Shown here one piece after another: positions 9,947 to 19,008 of a DNA stretch of 64,000 nucleotides (the first letter of the stretch is position 1; each line of letters starts with the position of its first letter). A model generated the notes under the pieces. It did no database searches, was not told where the DNA came from, and saw only the letters and a program-made list of their open reading frames with translations. A program made the translations under genes and the position numbers. The stretch lies in sequence record PP355766.1; one strand, 5' to 3'.

Positions 9947-10156
9947 TTATTCATGCGTAATACGTAAGCATTTATATGTAGGATACAGTGTCGGAGACAT
10001 TGATTTTGGATTGTCTTTGATAAGCATAAACTGCTTGCCTGTATCTTCACACTTTTGCTTAATCGCGGCTTCATCTTTACCAGTGAATGCCATCTTTTCA
10101 GTAGACATTCCACCTGAACCAGTAGATAGCGCCATTATTAAAACGTACGTAATCAT
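9947..10156 (-). CDS. Hypothetical 69 aa protein with hydrophobic N-terminus and two Cys
   Basis: ATG overlaps the spackle stop; MITYVLIMALSTGSGG. Confidence 0.6.
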   Translation of the reverse strand: MITYVLIMALSTGSGGMSTEKMAFTGKDEAAIKQKCEDTGKQFMLIKDNPKSMSPTLYPTYKCLRITHE

Positions 10157-10282
10157 CCTAAAATCCACTTAACGATGTTGAAGTTATCAAACTGGGCATC
10201 ACAGTAAAGAACATAATTCAACTTAAGTGCTGCGCCGTCGTCTTTAAGTTCTGCTTGCACTTCTGTTATGGCTTGATGAATT
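10153..10282 (-). CDS. sp: Spackle periplasmic protein, C-terminal fragment
   Basis: EVQAELKDDGAALKLNYVLYCDAQFDN resembles the T4 Sp C-terminus. Confidence 0.7.
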
Positions 10283-11744
10283 CAAAACAGCAGGACTAGT
10301 AATAGGAACATATTCTGCGCACAGAAAAACTAAGCCAAACTATACAGAAGGATTTTCTGACCCTACAGGTCAATATCCTAGACAGGTCGGGTCAGATACC
10401 AACCCACTAGTTCAAGGCGATGAAACTGGGTATAGTGCTGTACCAAATATCATCCAGGACAGAAATTTAGACATTGGCATTAATCCTGACGATGCTGACT
10501 TAAGTGATATTCCTGAAGACCCAAATCCTGCAATTACAATAACAGATATGCTTAATAGGGATGAAGGTCTTAGATTGAAGGTCTACTGGGACACAGAAGG
10601 ATATCCTACTATAGGTATTGGGCATCTTATCATGGCGCAAAAAGTACGTGATATGTCTGTCATCAATAAAACTTTATCTAATCAGGTTGGTCGTACTGTT
10701 ACAGGAAATCCTGGTATCATTACAATGGACGAAGCAGTTGCACTATTTAAGCAAGACCGCGATAAAATGCTTTCTGATATTAAAACGAATTCACGTGTAG
10801 GACCTGTATATGCTAAAGTCAACAAGTCAAGGCAGATGGCTTTAGAAAATATGAGCTTTCAAATGGGTGTAGGTGGTTTAGCAAAATTTGGTAAAATGCT
10901 TGATGCCATGTTCATTGGTGATTGGAAAACCGCTTATACAGAAGCAAGAAACTCTGTTTGGTTTAATCAGACAAAAGGTCGTGCTTCTCGTGTTTCCATG
11001 ATTATTCTAACGGGTAATATGGAATCATATGGAGTTCCTGCTCCAAAGCCAGAAGGAAAAAACCTGTCTGCTGCTTATGTAGAACCAAAGTCTGGAGGTA
11101 ATCCTGAAGACCCATGGACTCCGGAAGATTCAAGAATTCTTTTCAAAGAACCTGAGTCTTCATATAATGGTCAGTATCCATATGTTCACACAATGGAAAC
11201 AGAATCAGGTCATATCCAAGAGTTTGATGATACACCTGGCTATGAACGCTATCGTATTGTTCATCCAACCGGTTCATATGAAGAAGTTGCTCCTGATGGA
11301 CGCCGTACCAGAAAAACTGTAGCCGATTTATATGACATGACTCAGGGTGATGGAAATATTTTAATCTCTGGGGATAAGAAGGTTAACGTTGGAGGGAACG
11401 AGACCTATTATAACATGTATAATCGTCGACAGCAAATTGATGGCGATAACACGCTTTATGTACGTGGAAATGAAACTAAAACGATTGAAGGTGATGGTAC
11501 TATTTTTGTCAAGGGTAACATTAAGATAGTCGTTGAAGGAAATGCTGATATCCAAGTCAATGGTGATGCCACTACTAAAGTAGATGGCAACCACGACGTG
11601 ACCGTCGGTGGTAATTTAACTTGGCAGGTAGCAGGTACTGTGAATTGGAATGTTGGTGGGGCTTGGACTGAAACAATGGCTTCTATGAGCTCAATCGCCC
11701 AAGGCCAATACACTGTTGATGGTTCACGAATTGATGTAGGTTAA
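10283..11744 (+). CDS. gp5: Baseplate hub/tail lysozyme, 5' truncated
   Basis: GFSDPTGQYP, lysozyme domain (DEGLRL...TIGIGH), C-terminal VxGxxxxx beta-helix repeats. Confidence 0.95.
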
Positions 11745-11746
11745 TC

Positions 11747-12250
11747 ATGGCTGACATACTCCCAATCAATACTACGTTACGTGAAGTAATAGAAGGTGAA
11801 TATGTTGAGCAGTACTTTACTGCTCAATTATCTACTAACGAAACATTAAAATCAATAAATATTATCGACTATCAACCAGTATCTGATATCTCTGTGTCTG
11901 AAACTCATTATAAAGGTAATTATAACTCGGTTTTTACTTTTGGAAACGATGTGCTTAAATACCGTGAAGGTGATGAGCTAAAGTCCGCTTCAGCGTGGGA
12001 GGATTTACCTAATCCCAAAACTGCTGATTTATATTTGTGGAAAGCCCCCAGAACACTAGAGAAGACATTTACCTATACAGTTGAGATAATATATACAGTG
12101 ACAGAAGAATCGTCTGGAGGTTCATCCGGAGGTTCTAGCGCTCCAATCATAACAGAACATAAAAAGCAAAAGATTTACTCTCAAACAGTTAAAGGCAACT
12201 GGAGTAGATGGGGCGACCAGCTTCGTGCTTATGTATATGCGGGGAATTAA
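11747..12250 (+). CDS. 5.1: gp5.1-like protein
   Basis: Position after gp5; ends GNWSRWGDQLRAYVYAGN. Confidence 0.8.
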   Translation: MADILPINTTLREVIEGEYVEQYFTAQLSTNETLKSINIIDYQPVSDISVSETHYKGNYNSVFTFGNDVLKYREGDELKSASAWEDLPNPKTADLYLWKAPRTLEKTFTYTVEIIYTVTEESSGGSSGGSSAPIITEHKKQKIYSQTVKGNWSRWGDQLRAYVYAGN

Positions 12251-12544
12251 ATGGCTGGACTATCATTTAATAAATGCTTAACTGCCGGGCATAGTGCGTA
12301 TCCTCCGACAGAAGTAAATGCTACACAAAGTAAAGTATTCACTGGTGGAATAGCGGTATTAGTTGATGGCGACTCAATTACCCCACACACCAAGACGGTT
12401 GACCCTCATGATACGCATGGAGGAGTTGTTCAACCTCGCACATCCAAGGTATTTGTAACAGGCAAAAAAGCTGTTCAAATGGCCGATCCAATTTCTTGTG
12501 GCGACACTGTCGCGCAATCAAGCTCAAAGGTATTCATACACTAA
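12251..12544 (+). CDS. 5.4: PAAR spike tip protein
   Basis: [10 protein letters not shown]...HDTHGG...ADPISCGD. Confidence 0.9.
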   Translation: MAGLSFNKCLTAGHSAYPPTEVNATQSKVFTGGIAVLVDGDSITPHTKTVDPHDTHGGVVQPRTSKVFVTGKKAVQMADPISCGDTVAQSSSKVFIH

Positions 12545-13195
12545 TGGCTATTAAAGAACCTTTAAATTATCAGTTAACGCGTACTGCAAACGCTATCCCA
12601 GACGCATTTACTGGAGCAACATTCGACGAAATTAAAAATCAGCTTATTAACTGGCTTAGCGGTCAAAAAGAGTTTCAGGACTTTGATTTTGCTGGTTCGC
12701 GTTTAAACGTGCTATTAGACTTATTAGCATATAACACGCTTTACATACAGCAATTTAGTAATACTGCTTTATACGAAAGCTTTATTGGAACAGCTAACTT
12801 GAGAAGTTCCGTTGTTCAAGCAGCTCAGCAAAACGGGTATTTGCCAAGTTCCAAATCAGCGGCTACTGCATCTATTATGCTTGAGGTAACTCATCCAAAT
12901 CCAGAGCCAGCAATAAAAATACCTCGTGGAACCAAGTTTTTAGCATATGCGCGGGATTCATCAGTAGACCCATACAACTTTGTCGTTACTGAAAATGTTA
13001 TTGCGCTAAGAGATACTTCAGCACCAGAAGGAGTTAATAGGTATCTTCCTATTGTCAATTTGGCGCAGGGACGTATTATTCGTACTCAGTTGTCATATGA
13101 CCCGAAGAAACCTATTGTTATTCGCGACCAATCAATTGACCGCAAGCAGGTTAAGCTGTGGGTGGATGGCGCTGAATGGACTAACTGGACAGACA
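12544..13195 (+). CDS. gp6: Baseplate wedge gp6, N-terminal fragment
   Basis: DFDFAGSRLNVLLDLLAYNTLY; C-terminal part at 46759-47541. Confidence 0.92.
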
Positions 13196-13196
13196 T

Positions 13197-13550
13197 GTGT
13201 TGTAGCAAATCTAAATCTTTGATATCTTCAAATTTATATCCTGTCCACATCCAGATATCTTTCTCCGGAAATCTTGCTTTAACCCAAGAAACTAAATTTG
13301 AAATCTCTTCCCGGTTCTGTGGATAAAGCGGGTCTCCACCAGTTAAGGTAAGACCTTGGATATACGATTTGCTTAAATGGGATGCAAGTTCTTTAACAGT
13401 ATTCATAGTGAATAACTGGCCGTTTCTAGCATTCCAAGTAGATTTATTATAACACCCTTCGCATTTATGCAAACACCCGGTGACAAAAAGAACGACCCTG
13501 CATCCAGGGCCATTCACAAAGTCAGAAGGGTAGATTCTGTCGAAATTCAT
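13197..13550 (-). CDS. nrdG: Anaerobic RNR activase, 3' truncated
   Basis: GCLHKCEGC radical SAM motif, LTLTGGDP. Confidence 0.93.
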
Positions 13551-13755
13551 TGAACCTTACCTCATTACGTGCTTCTACTTCTGCATCATATTTCCAGGGT
13601 TCATCAGTTTGAATAGCCCCAGCCGATAGTCCACTTTCAGGGTCACGGGTTATAGCAATTCCCAATGGATGCAGAACCTCTTTGTTGATTTTCCAAATCA
13701 ATCCCCATTCGCTAAGTTGGTTCCAATCAACTTGCTTCATTGGTTTCTCTAACAT
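13522..13755 (-). CDS. Conserved small hypothetical protein between nrdD and nrdG
   Basis: VDWNQLSEWGLIWKINKEVLHPLG. Confidence 0.7.
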   Translation of the reverse strand: MLEKPMKQVDWNQLSEWGLIWKINKEVLHPLGIAITRDPESGLSAGAIQTDEPWKYDAEVEARNEVRFNEFRQNLPF

Positions 13756-15565
13756 GTTTTACCCTATGCATAATTTCTTTGTTCTTACCAAGATTGAACC
13801 CGCGCTCAGAAGGATTACCAAGATAGCCACAAGTCCTACGAATTGTATTCATCTTCTTTGGATCAGTTTCACCACAAATTGAACACGTGAATCCGTTTTC
13901 AGTAGGTGTCATCTCATGAGTAGAACCACAAGAAAGACATTTATCTACTGGCATATTAACACCAAAATAATCCAACTTCTCGATAGCATAGTCCCATACC
14001 GCTTCAAGACCTTCAAGGTTGCGCTTCATGTCAGGCAGTTCAACATAAGAAATATGACCACCTTTAGCAATAGAATGATATGGTGCTTCACGGTCAATTT
14101 TTTCAAAAGGCGACAGGTTTTCTTCTACTGACACATGGAAACTATTAGTGTACCAACATTTATCAGTTACGCCCTTAACATCACCAAACTTGGCTTGGTC
14201 AATTTTACAGAAACGATAGCACAGACTTTCAGCCGGAGTTGAGTACAGACTAAAGGCATAGCCGGTTTCTTCAGTCCACTTGTTTAGCTTAGCGTTGATG
14301 TACTTCAGGACGAGTTTACCGCTTCCTTTAAAAGTAAGCATATCAAATTCGTGGATGCCAATATATCCTAATGAAATTGAACTACGTCCATTTTTGAATA
14401 GCTCAAGAATTTCATCATCAGGTTTCATACGCACACCAAAAGCACCTTCCTGGTAAAGAATAGGAGCAACTGATGCAGTAACACCTTCAAGGGATTTAAT
14501 TCTAGTTAAAAGAGCTTCTTTACAAATATCAAGACGTTCATCCAGTAGTTTGAACAGTTTATTACTGTCATCTGAACTTTTATAATTTGCATCCAGCGCT
14601 ATCCTGGGGAGGTTCAATGTTACTACCCCTAGGTTATTACGGCCATCAAGAACGGGTTTGCCAGAAGAGTCTCTCCAAGCACCAAGGAAACTTCTACAGC
14701 CCATTGGAGATACAGGAGTTTCTGAACCGGTAATTGCTCTATTATTTCGAGCACTGATGATATCAGGATACATGCGTTTAGCTGCGCATTCTAGTGCAAG
14801 CTGCTTAATATCATAGTTCGGGTCTTCTTTACGTAGATTAATGCCTTCTTCTACAAACATCACAAGCTTTGGAAAGATTGGAGTAATTCCATCACGTCCT
14901 AATCCACGAATACGATTATCAAGAATAGCTCGTTGAATTAATTTTTCTTCCCATGACGTTCCCATACCAAATGTGATAGTCACAAATGGAGTTTGGCCAT
15001 TTGAACTAAACAGAGTATTCACTTCATATTCATATGCCTGGAAAGCATCAAACACGTCTTTTTCTGTTTTTGAAATAGCATAATCTTTTACTAATGCTAC
15101 CTGATATTTGCGAGCATCACGTACATGTTTAGCGAATGTCTTCTCTACATAAGGAGCCAGAACTAAATCGACATTGGCAAAGGTAGTTCCACCATATTGG
15201 TGAGATGCTACTTGTGCAGTGATTTGCGCCATAATAGCAGTAGCTACTCCAATACTCTTGGGAGTTTCAATTTGAGCGTTACCAAGTTTAAAGCCATTCT
15301 GCAACATACCTTTCAAATCTACCAAACAGCAGTTGGTGAAAGGCAAAGCTGGACTGTAGTCCATATCATGAAAATGGATAACACCTTCTTTGTGTGCTTC
15401 CATTACAGAGAAAGGAATGACCTGATTGGCGATATGTTTAGATACGATACCAGCCATCAGGTCACGTTGGGTAGGAAAAACGCGAGAATCTTTGTTAGCA
15501 TTCTCGTTTAAGAGGTCCTTGTTGGTTTTATTAATAAGTCCCTGGATTTCTAATTCGATATTCAT
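13727..15565 (-). CDS. nrdD: Anaerobic ribonucleotide reductase, intron-less
   Basis: PFTNCC, SPMGCRS, YSTPAESLC, RRTCGYLG glycyl radical motif. Confidence 0.96.
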   Translation of the reverse strand: MNIELEIQGLINKTNKDLLNENANKDSRVFPTQRDLMAGIVSKHIANQVIPFSVMEAHKEGVIHFHDMDYSPALPFTNCCLVDLKGMLQNGFKLGNAQIETPKSIGVATAIMAQITAQVASHQYGGTTFANVDLVLAPYVEKTFAKHVRDARKYQVALVKDYAISKTEKDVFDAFQAYEYEVNTLFSSNGQTPFVTITFGMGTSWEEKLIQRAILDNRIRGLGRDGITPIFPKLVMFVEEGINLRKEDPNYDIKQLALECAAKRMYPDIISARNNRAITGSETPVSPMGCRSFLGAWRDSSGKPVLDGRNNLGVVTLNLPRIALDANYKSSDDSNKLFKLLDERLDICKEALLTRIKSLEGVTASVAPILYQEGAFGVRMKPDDEILELFKNGRSSISLGYIGIHEFDMLTFKGSGKLVLKYINAKLNKWTEETGYAFSLYSTPAESLCYRFCKIDQAKFGDVKGVTDKCWYTNSFHVSVEENLSPFEKIDREAPYHSIAKGGHISYVELPDMKRNLEGLEAVWDYAIEKLDYFGVNMPVDKCLSCGSTHEMTPTENGFTCSICGETDPKKMNTIRRTCGYLGNPSERGFNLGKNKEIMHRVKHVRETNEAS

Positions 15566-16035
15566 TTTAAACTCTTACGAAGCTGCTTCTTGTATTTTGA
15601 AGCAAGTTGTGATTTTCCATCACTTTCCTCGTATGTAAACCCATGCAATTCCATTTCAGCAATCATCTCAGGCTTACCAAGACGTGAAAAGCGTTTAGCC
15701 ATATCGGCAACATATTGCGGGTGAATATTACTGTCTTTACGATTCTGGCGGAGATAGACCAGCAAATTCTCTAACCATTCGAGGTAGTCAATATCTTGAC
15801 CTTTTAAACCAGAGCGGTTGAACTTATGCTTCATTTGGCCTTCTGCCGCATTACACAGGTTACAGAGCAAGCCTCTGACCTTTCCTGCATTGTCACCTTC
15901 TAACGCATGGTCATGGTCGAGGTGGTTCTTTTGAATATCCTCATCTAAAGGACGTTTGCAGCAAGGACATAATCCGTTCTGTGCCTGATATAGTTTTTCT
16001 TTTTCTTCTTTATATAACTTACCGGTTAATAACAT
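15562..16035 (-). CDS. gp49: Recombination endonuclease VII
   Basis: CPCC...HLDHDH...RGLLCNLCN. Confidence 0.95.
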   Translation of the reverse strand: MLLTGKLYKEEKEKLYQAQNGLCPCCKRPLDEDIQKNHLDHDHALEGDNAGKVRGLLCNLCNAAEGQMKHKFNRSGLKGQDIDYLEWLENLLVYLRQNRKDSNIHPQYVADMAKRFSRLGKPEMIAEMELHGFTYEESDGKSQLASKYKKQLRKSLK

Positions 16036-16070
16036 ACTCTTACCTCAGCGATTAGATAAGAGTATTTATA
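16034..16070 (-). promoter_or_regulatory. Late promoter and start-codon-sequestering hairpin of gene 49
   Basis: TATAAATA; ATACTCTTA...TAAGAGTAT(G) inverted repeat covers the ATG. Confidence 0.8.
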
Positions 16071-16118
16071 GTTAAATTAACGAGTATTTGTGAAAATATT
16101 TTTGGAGGGGATAAAGAA

Positions 16119-16140
16119 AAAGGGACCCGAAGGTCCCTTT
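16119..16140 (-). terminator. Terminator after gene 32
   Basis: AAAGGGACC-TTCG-GGTCCCTTT. Confidence 0.85.
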
Positions 16141-16143
16141 ATA

Positions 16144-17061
16144 TTAGAGGTCGTTCAAAATATCATTCAGATCGTCATCGCCAACACTGTCACCAGCATC
16201 GCCCATGATATCGTCTGCGGAACGAGAAGAGGTCGGTTTGGATTCAAAATCAGACAGGTCTTTGTCAAAGGAATCCAGGTCATCACCAATTTTATCGGCT
16301 TGAGCTGCTGCTTTTGCCGCGGCACCACCAAGAGCTGCTGTACCCATAATCTGTTTAAATTTGGCTTCGTTAACTTCAAACGATTTAAACTGAGATGGAG
16401 CCACAATTTCGCTGAGGTCAGCCATATTTTCGGTCAGGAATTTCTGAGTTTCTTCATCATTGATGTTTGCAATCTCGGACTGACCAAGGAATTTACATTC
16501 ATCATAGTTCTGGAAACCACCGACTTTCTTAACTTTCATGACGAAGTTTGCACCTTCATACACACAAGTTACATCAACCGGAGTTTCACCCATATCAACA
16601 TCGACTTCAACCATCGCGTTGATTTTGTCCATAATTTTCTGACCGAAACGGAATTTGAATACTTTACCTTCGTTTTCTGGGTTAGCCGGGTCTTTAATAA
16701 CCAGGATGTTAGACCAGAAAGAAGTTTTACGTTTCAGAAGCTTATATTCAGCTGGGTTGCTGTTATAAGAATCGTTTTTACTCAGATGAGCACAAACCGG
16801 GCAAGAATCAAAATCACCGTGAGTAGAAGTACAATTTTCAATGTACCATTTACCGCCGTGTTTGAAACCGTGATTGATCAGTTTTACAAACGGCAGAGAG
16901 TTTTCATCTTTACCAGGCAGGAAGCGAATTACTGCTTGACCATTACCAGCATTATCGGTCTTCAGTTTCCATTCGTTTTTATCTTCATTAGAGAAAGAAG
17001 AACCACCTTTCAGACCAGCCAGTTGTTGTTGAAGTTGAGCAGGATTTTTACGCTTAAACAT
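16144..17061 (-). CDS. gp32: Single-stranded DNA-binding protein
   Basis: [23 protein letters not shown], acidic tail. Confidence 0.96.
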   Translation of the reverse strand: MFKRKNPAQLQQQLAGLKGGSSFSNEDKNEWKLKTDNAGNGQAVIRFLPGKDENSLPFVKLINHGFKHGGKWYIENCTSTHGDFDSCPVCAHLSKNDSYNSNPAEYKLLKRKTSFWSNILVIKDPANPENEGKVFKFRFGQKIMDKINAMVEVDVDMGETPVDVTCVYEGANFVMKVKKVGGFQNYDECKFLGQSEIANINDEETQKFLTENMADLSEIVAPSQFKSFEVNEAKFKQIMGTAALGGAAAKAAAQADKIGDDLDSFDKDLSDFESKPTSSRSADDIMGDAGDSVGDDDLNDILNDL

Positions 17062-17090
17062 ATGATTACCTTTTTAATTTAACAGTTGTT

Positions 17091-17118
17091 GTTGCAACAT
17101 GGGTCCTTGCAACTGGAC
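17091..17118 (-). promoter_or_regulatory. Gene 32 translational operator pseudoknot
   Basis: GTCC/GGAC stem with loop GTTGCAA pairing to downstream TTGCAAC, upstream of an A/U-rich leader. Confidence 0.75.
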
Positions 17119-17128
17119 GATAGATTAA

Positions 17129-17791
17129 TTATATACTAATTTCTTTACAAGATTTGATTATGCTAATAAAGAGTTTCTTAGCTTCAGCACCGTCAACGTT
17201 TAAAAGTTTTTTATAAGCTTTTAATTTAGTGGAGTAATTACTCCAAACTAAGTTATCCGTTGCAGTATCATGTGTATTTATTATATCTAAAAACGAGTCA
17301 AGCATGATGAATGTCTCGAAAGATATAACGTTTGACTGAAGAAGTTTGAACACATAAGATGTTCCGACTTTCTCATTATATTCAAAAATATCATGAAGCT
17401 TATCTACATTAACTTTCTTAGCAAAGTAGTAAATATTCTTTACGTCTTCAGAGAATGTAGTTTTGATTTGCTTCAACTTACCGATGTATTCACGATAGAA
17501 TATCAACGCATCGGCGTCACTGATATCACCAATCCAAGCGTCTTGATTAGCTACAAGATTGCTCATGAATATCAGAGTCAATTCCTTTAGCGTATACTTC
17601 TCGGCAAGTTTCTCAAAAAAATACTTGTCTCTGCGCTTTTGATAAGCTTTATCAGAGACACGCATGACCCAATTATACTTAACAACATCATATCGACCAG
17701 CGAAGTGTTGTTTGAGCATTAAATATAAAAGATAAACGCTCTTACCGTTAACGTATCTATTATTGTTTTGGGGCATGCGTAGACGAATCAT
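17129..17791 (-). CDS. gp59: Helicase loader
   Basis: MIRLRMP...GKSVYLLYLMLKQHF...YQKRRDKYFF. Confidence 0.93.
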   Translation of the reverse strand: MIRLRMPQNNNRYVNGKSVYLLYLMLKQHFAGRYDVVKYNWVMRVSDKAYQKRRDKYFFEKLAEKYTLKELTLIFMSNLVANQDAWIGDISDADALIFYREYIGKLKQIKTTFSEDVKNIYYFAKKVNVDKLHDIFEYNEKVGTSYVFKLLQSNVISFETFIMLDSFLDIINTHDTATDNLVWSNYSTKLKAYKKLLNVDGAEAKKLFISIIKSCKEISI

Positions 17792-18087
17792 AATAAAAAA
17801 TCCAGACTATTCGTTTTATGTGTTTGACTAAATGATGGTCGAAGCATATTTTCTTCTAACGCTTCTGACATAATTTTTTCTATGATTGCAGGTGGAATAT
17901 ATCTACTGAAGTTTCCCTCAGGAATAGAATTTTCTTCTAGCCATTGTGTCGTTGCCTCGAGATACCCCATTCCAAGTTCTGTTACCATAGATTCGATAGC
18001 AAATCCATTAGCTTGCTTATCTAGCAGCTGGTTAATGGATTCGGAGGGGGATGTGTCCCCCTCATCTTTAAGCGAAAATAGAGTCAT
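17788..18087 (-). CDS. gp33: Late transcription co-activator
   Basis: GYLEATTQWLEENSIPE...RPS; T4 synteny. Confidence 0.88.
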   Translation of the reverse strand: MTLFSLKDEGDTSPSESINQLLDKQANGFAIESMVTELGMGYLEATTQWLEENSIPEGNFSRYIPPAIIEKIMSEALEENMLRPSFSQTHKTNSLDFLL

Positions 18088-18340
18088 AAGCTTCTACCAC
18101 TTCGTCCTTTTCAGTTTCGTAACGATCGCGTGTACCTTTATGGAACAGAGCAAGCAGTTGATTAAACAGTTTGCCTTCTACGCCAAGTTCTTTCTTGGCG
18201 CGGTCTTTAATGTCTTTGTTAAGCTCAATATAGCTTTCTGCCTTTAGCTTATTACCTGAGGCTTCCTTAATCATATCTCGCAGAGCCTGTCCGTGTACTG
18301 CTTCATCAAATACTACTTGCTCTTTTTCTTTCTTAGCCAT
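18068..18340 (-). CDS. dsbA: dsDNA-binding protein
   Basis: MAKKEK...IKEASGNKLK...ELGVEGKLFN. Confidence 0.9.
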   Translation of the reverse strand: MAKKEKEQVVFDEAVHGQALRDMIKEASGNKLKAESYIELNKDIKDRAKKELGVEGKLFNQLLALFHKGTRDRYETEKDEVVEAYDSIFA

Positions 18341-18350
18341 TATATTCACC

Positions 18351-18970
18351 TTAAAAGTTGTTTATTTCTTTCATTAATTTAGACAGACCGGATTTAACAA
18401 AGTAGCTATAAATTTTACCACGACCCGGTAGTTGATAGTTATTATAACAATCTAAAATGTTAGCAACAATGTCTTCACGGATGTAATCAAAATCGATTAA
18501 CACACGGTTTTCCAAGAAACGCTTATACTGTTCTTCAGTAAGCAAATCTTTGATGTTTTCGCCAGCATCAAGACATTCTTCAACAAACGTCATTTTCGTT
18601 GAAGGAGTGCGCTCGCCATCAACATGGGTGTACCAAAAATCTGAACGAACTTTAATAGAAGCTACGTTATCTTTCTTATCACCCTTAATAATTTTAACCA
18701 TGCAATCTAAAGCAGGAGAGCCAGTTTTAGATTTTACCAATTTCTTCTGCATCGGTGACCATTGCTTAACATTAGGATACTTATGCAATTGAGTAAAGTC
18801 ACCATCCGAAGAAACAATCATGACTGGATGGCCTTCAAGACTGAACTTTTTGGTTAATACTGCAATACTATCATCGGCTTCAGCTTTATCAATGTCAATA
18901 ACATAATAAGGCATATACTGCTTAAATTCATCAATTACAGTACGAAGACCTTCAAAGTAACCTTCCCAGC
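18351..18970 (-). CDS. rnh: RNase H, C-terminal fragment
   Basis: EADDSIAVL, SSDGDFTQLHKYPNVKQWSP, GDKKDNVA. Confidence 0.92.
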
Positions 18971-18971
18971 T

Positions 18972-19001
18972 ATAGTACCACATCCTTGTGGTAAAGTAAA
19001 C
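18972..19001 (-). promoter_or_regulatory. T4-type early promoter with internal hairpin, downstream of gene 43
   Basis: GTTTAC-TT-TACCACA-AGGA-TGTGGTA-CTAT. Confidence 0.75.
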
Positions 19002-19008
19002 AACTTTT

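Noticed and set aside
13727-15565. Group I intron in nrdD as in T4
   Set aside because: The ORF is continuous with all motifs; no intron present.
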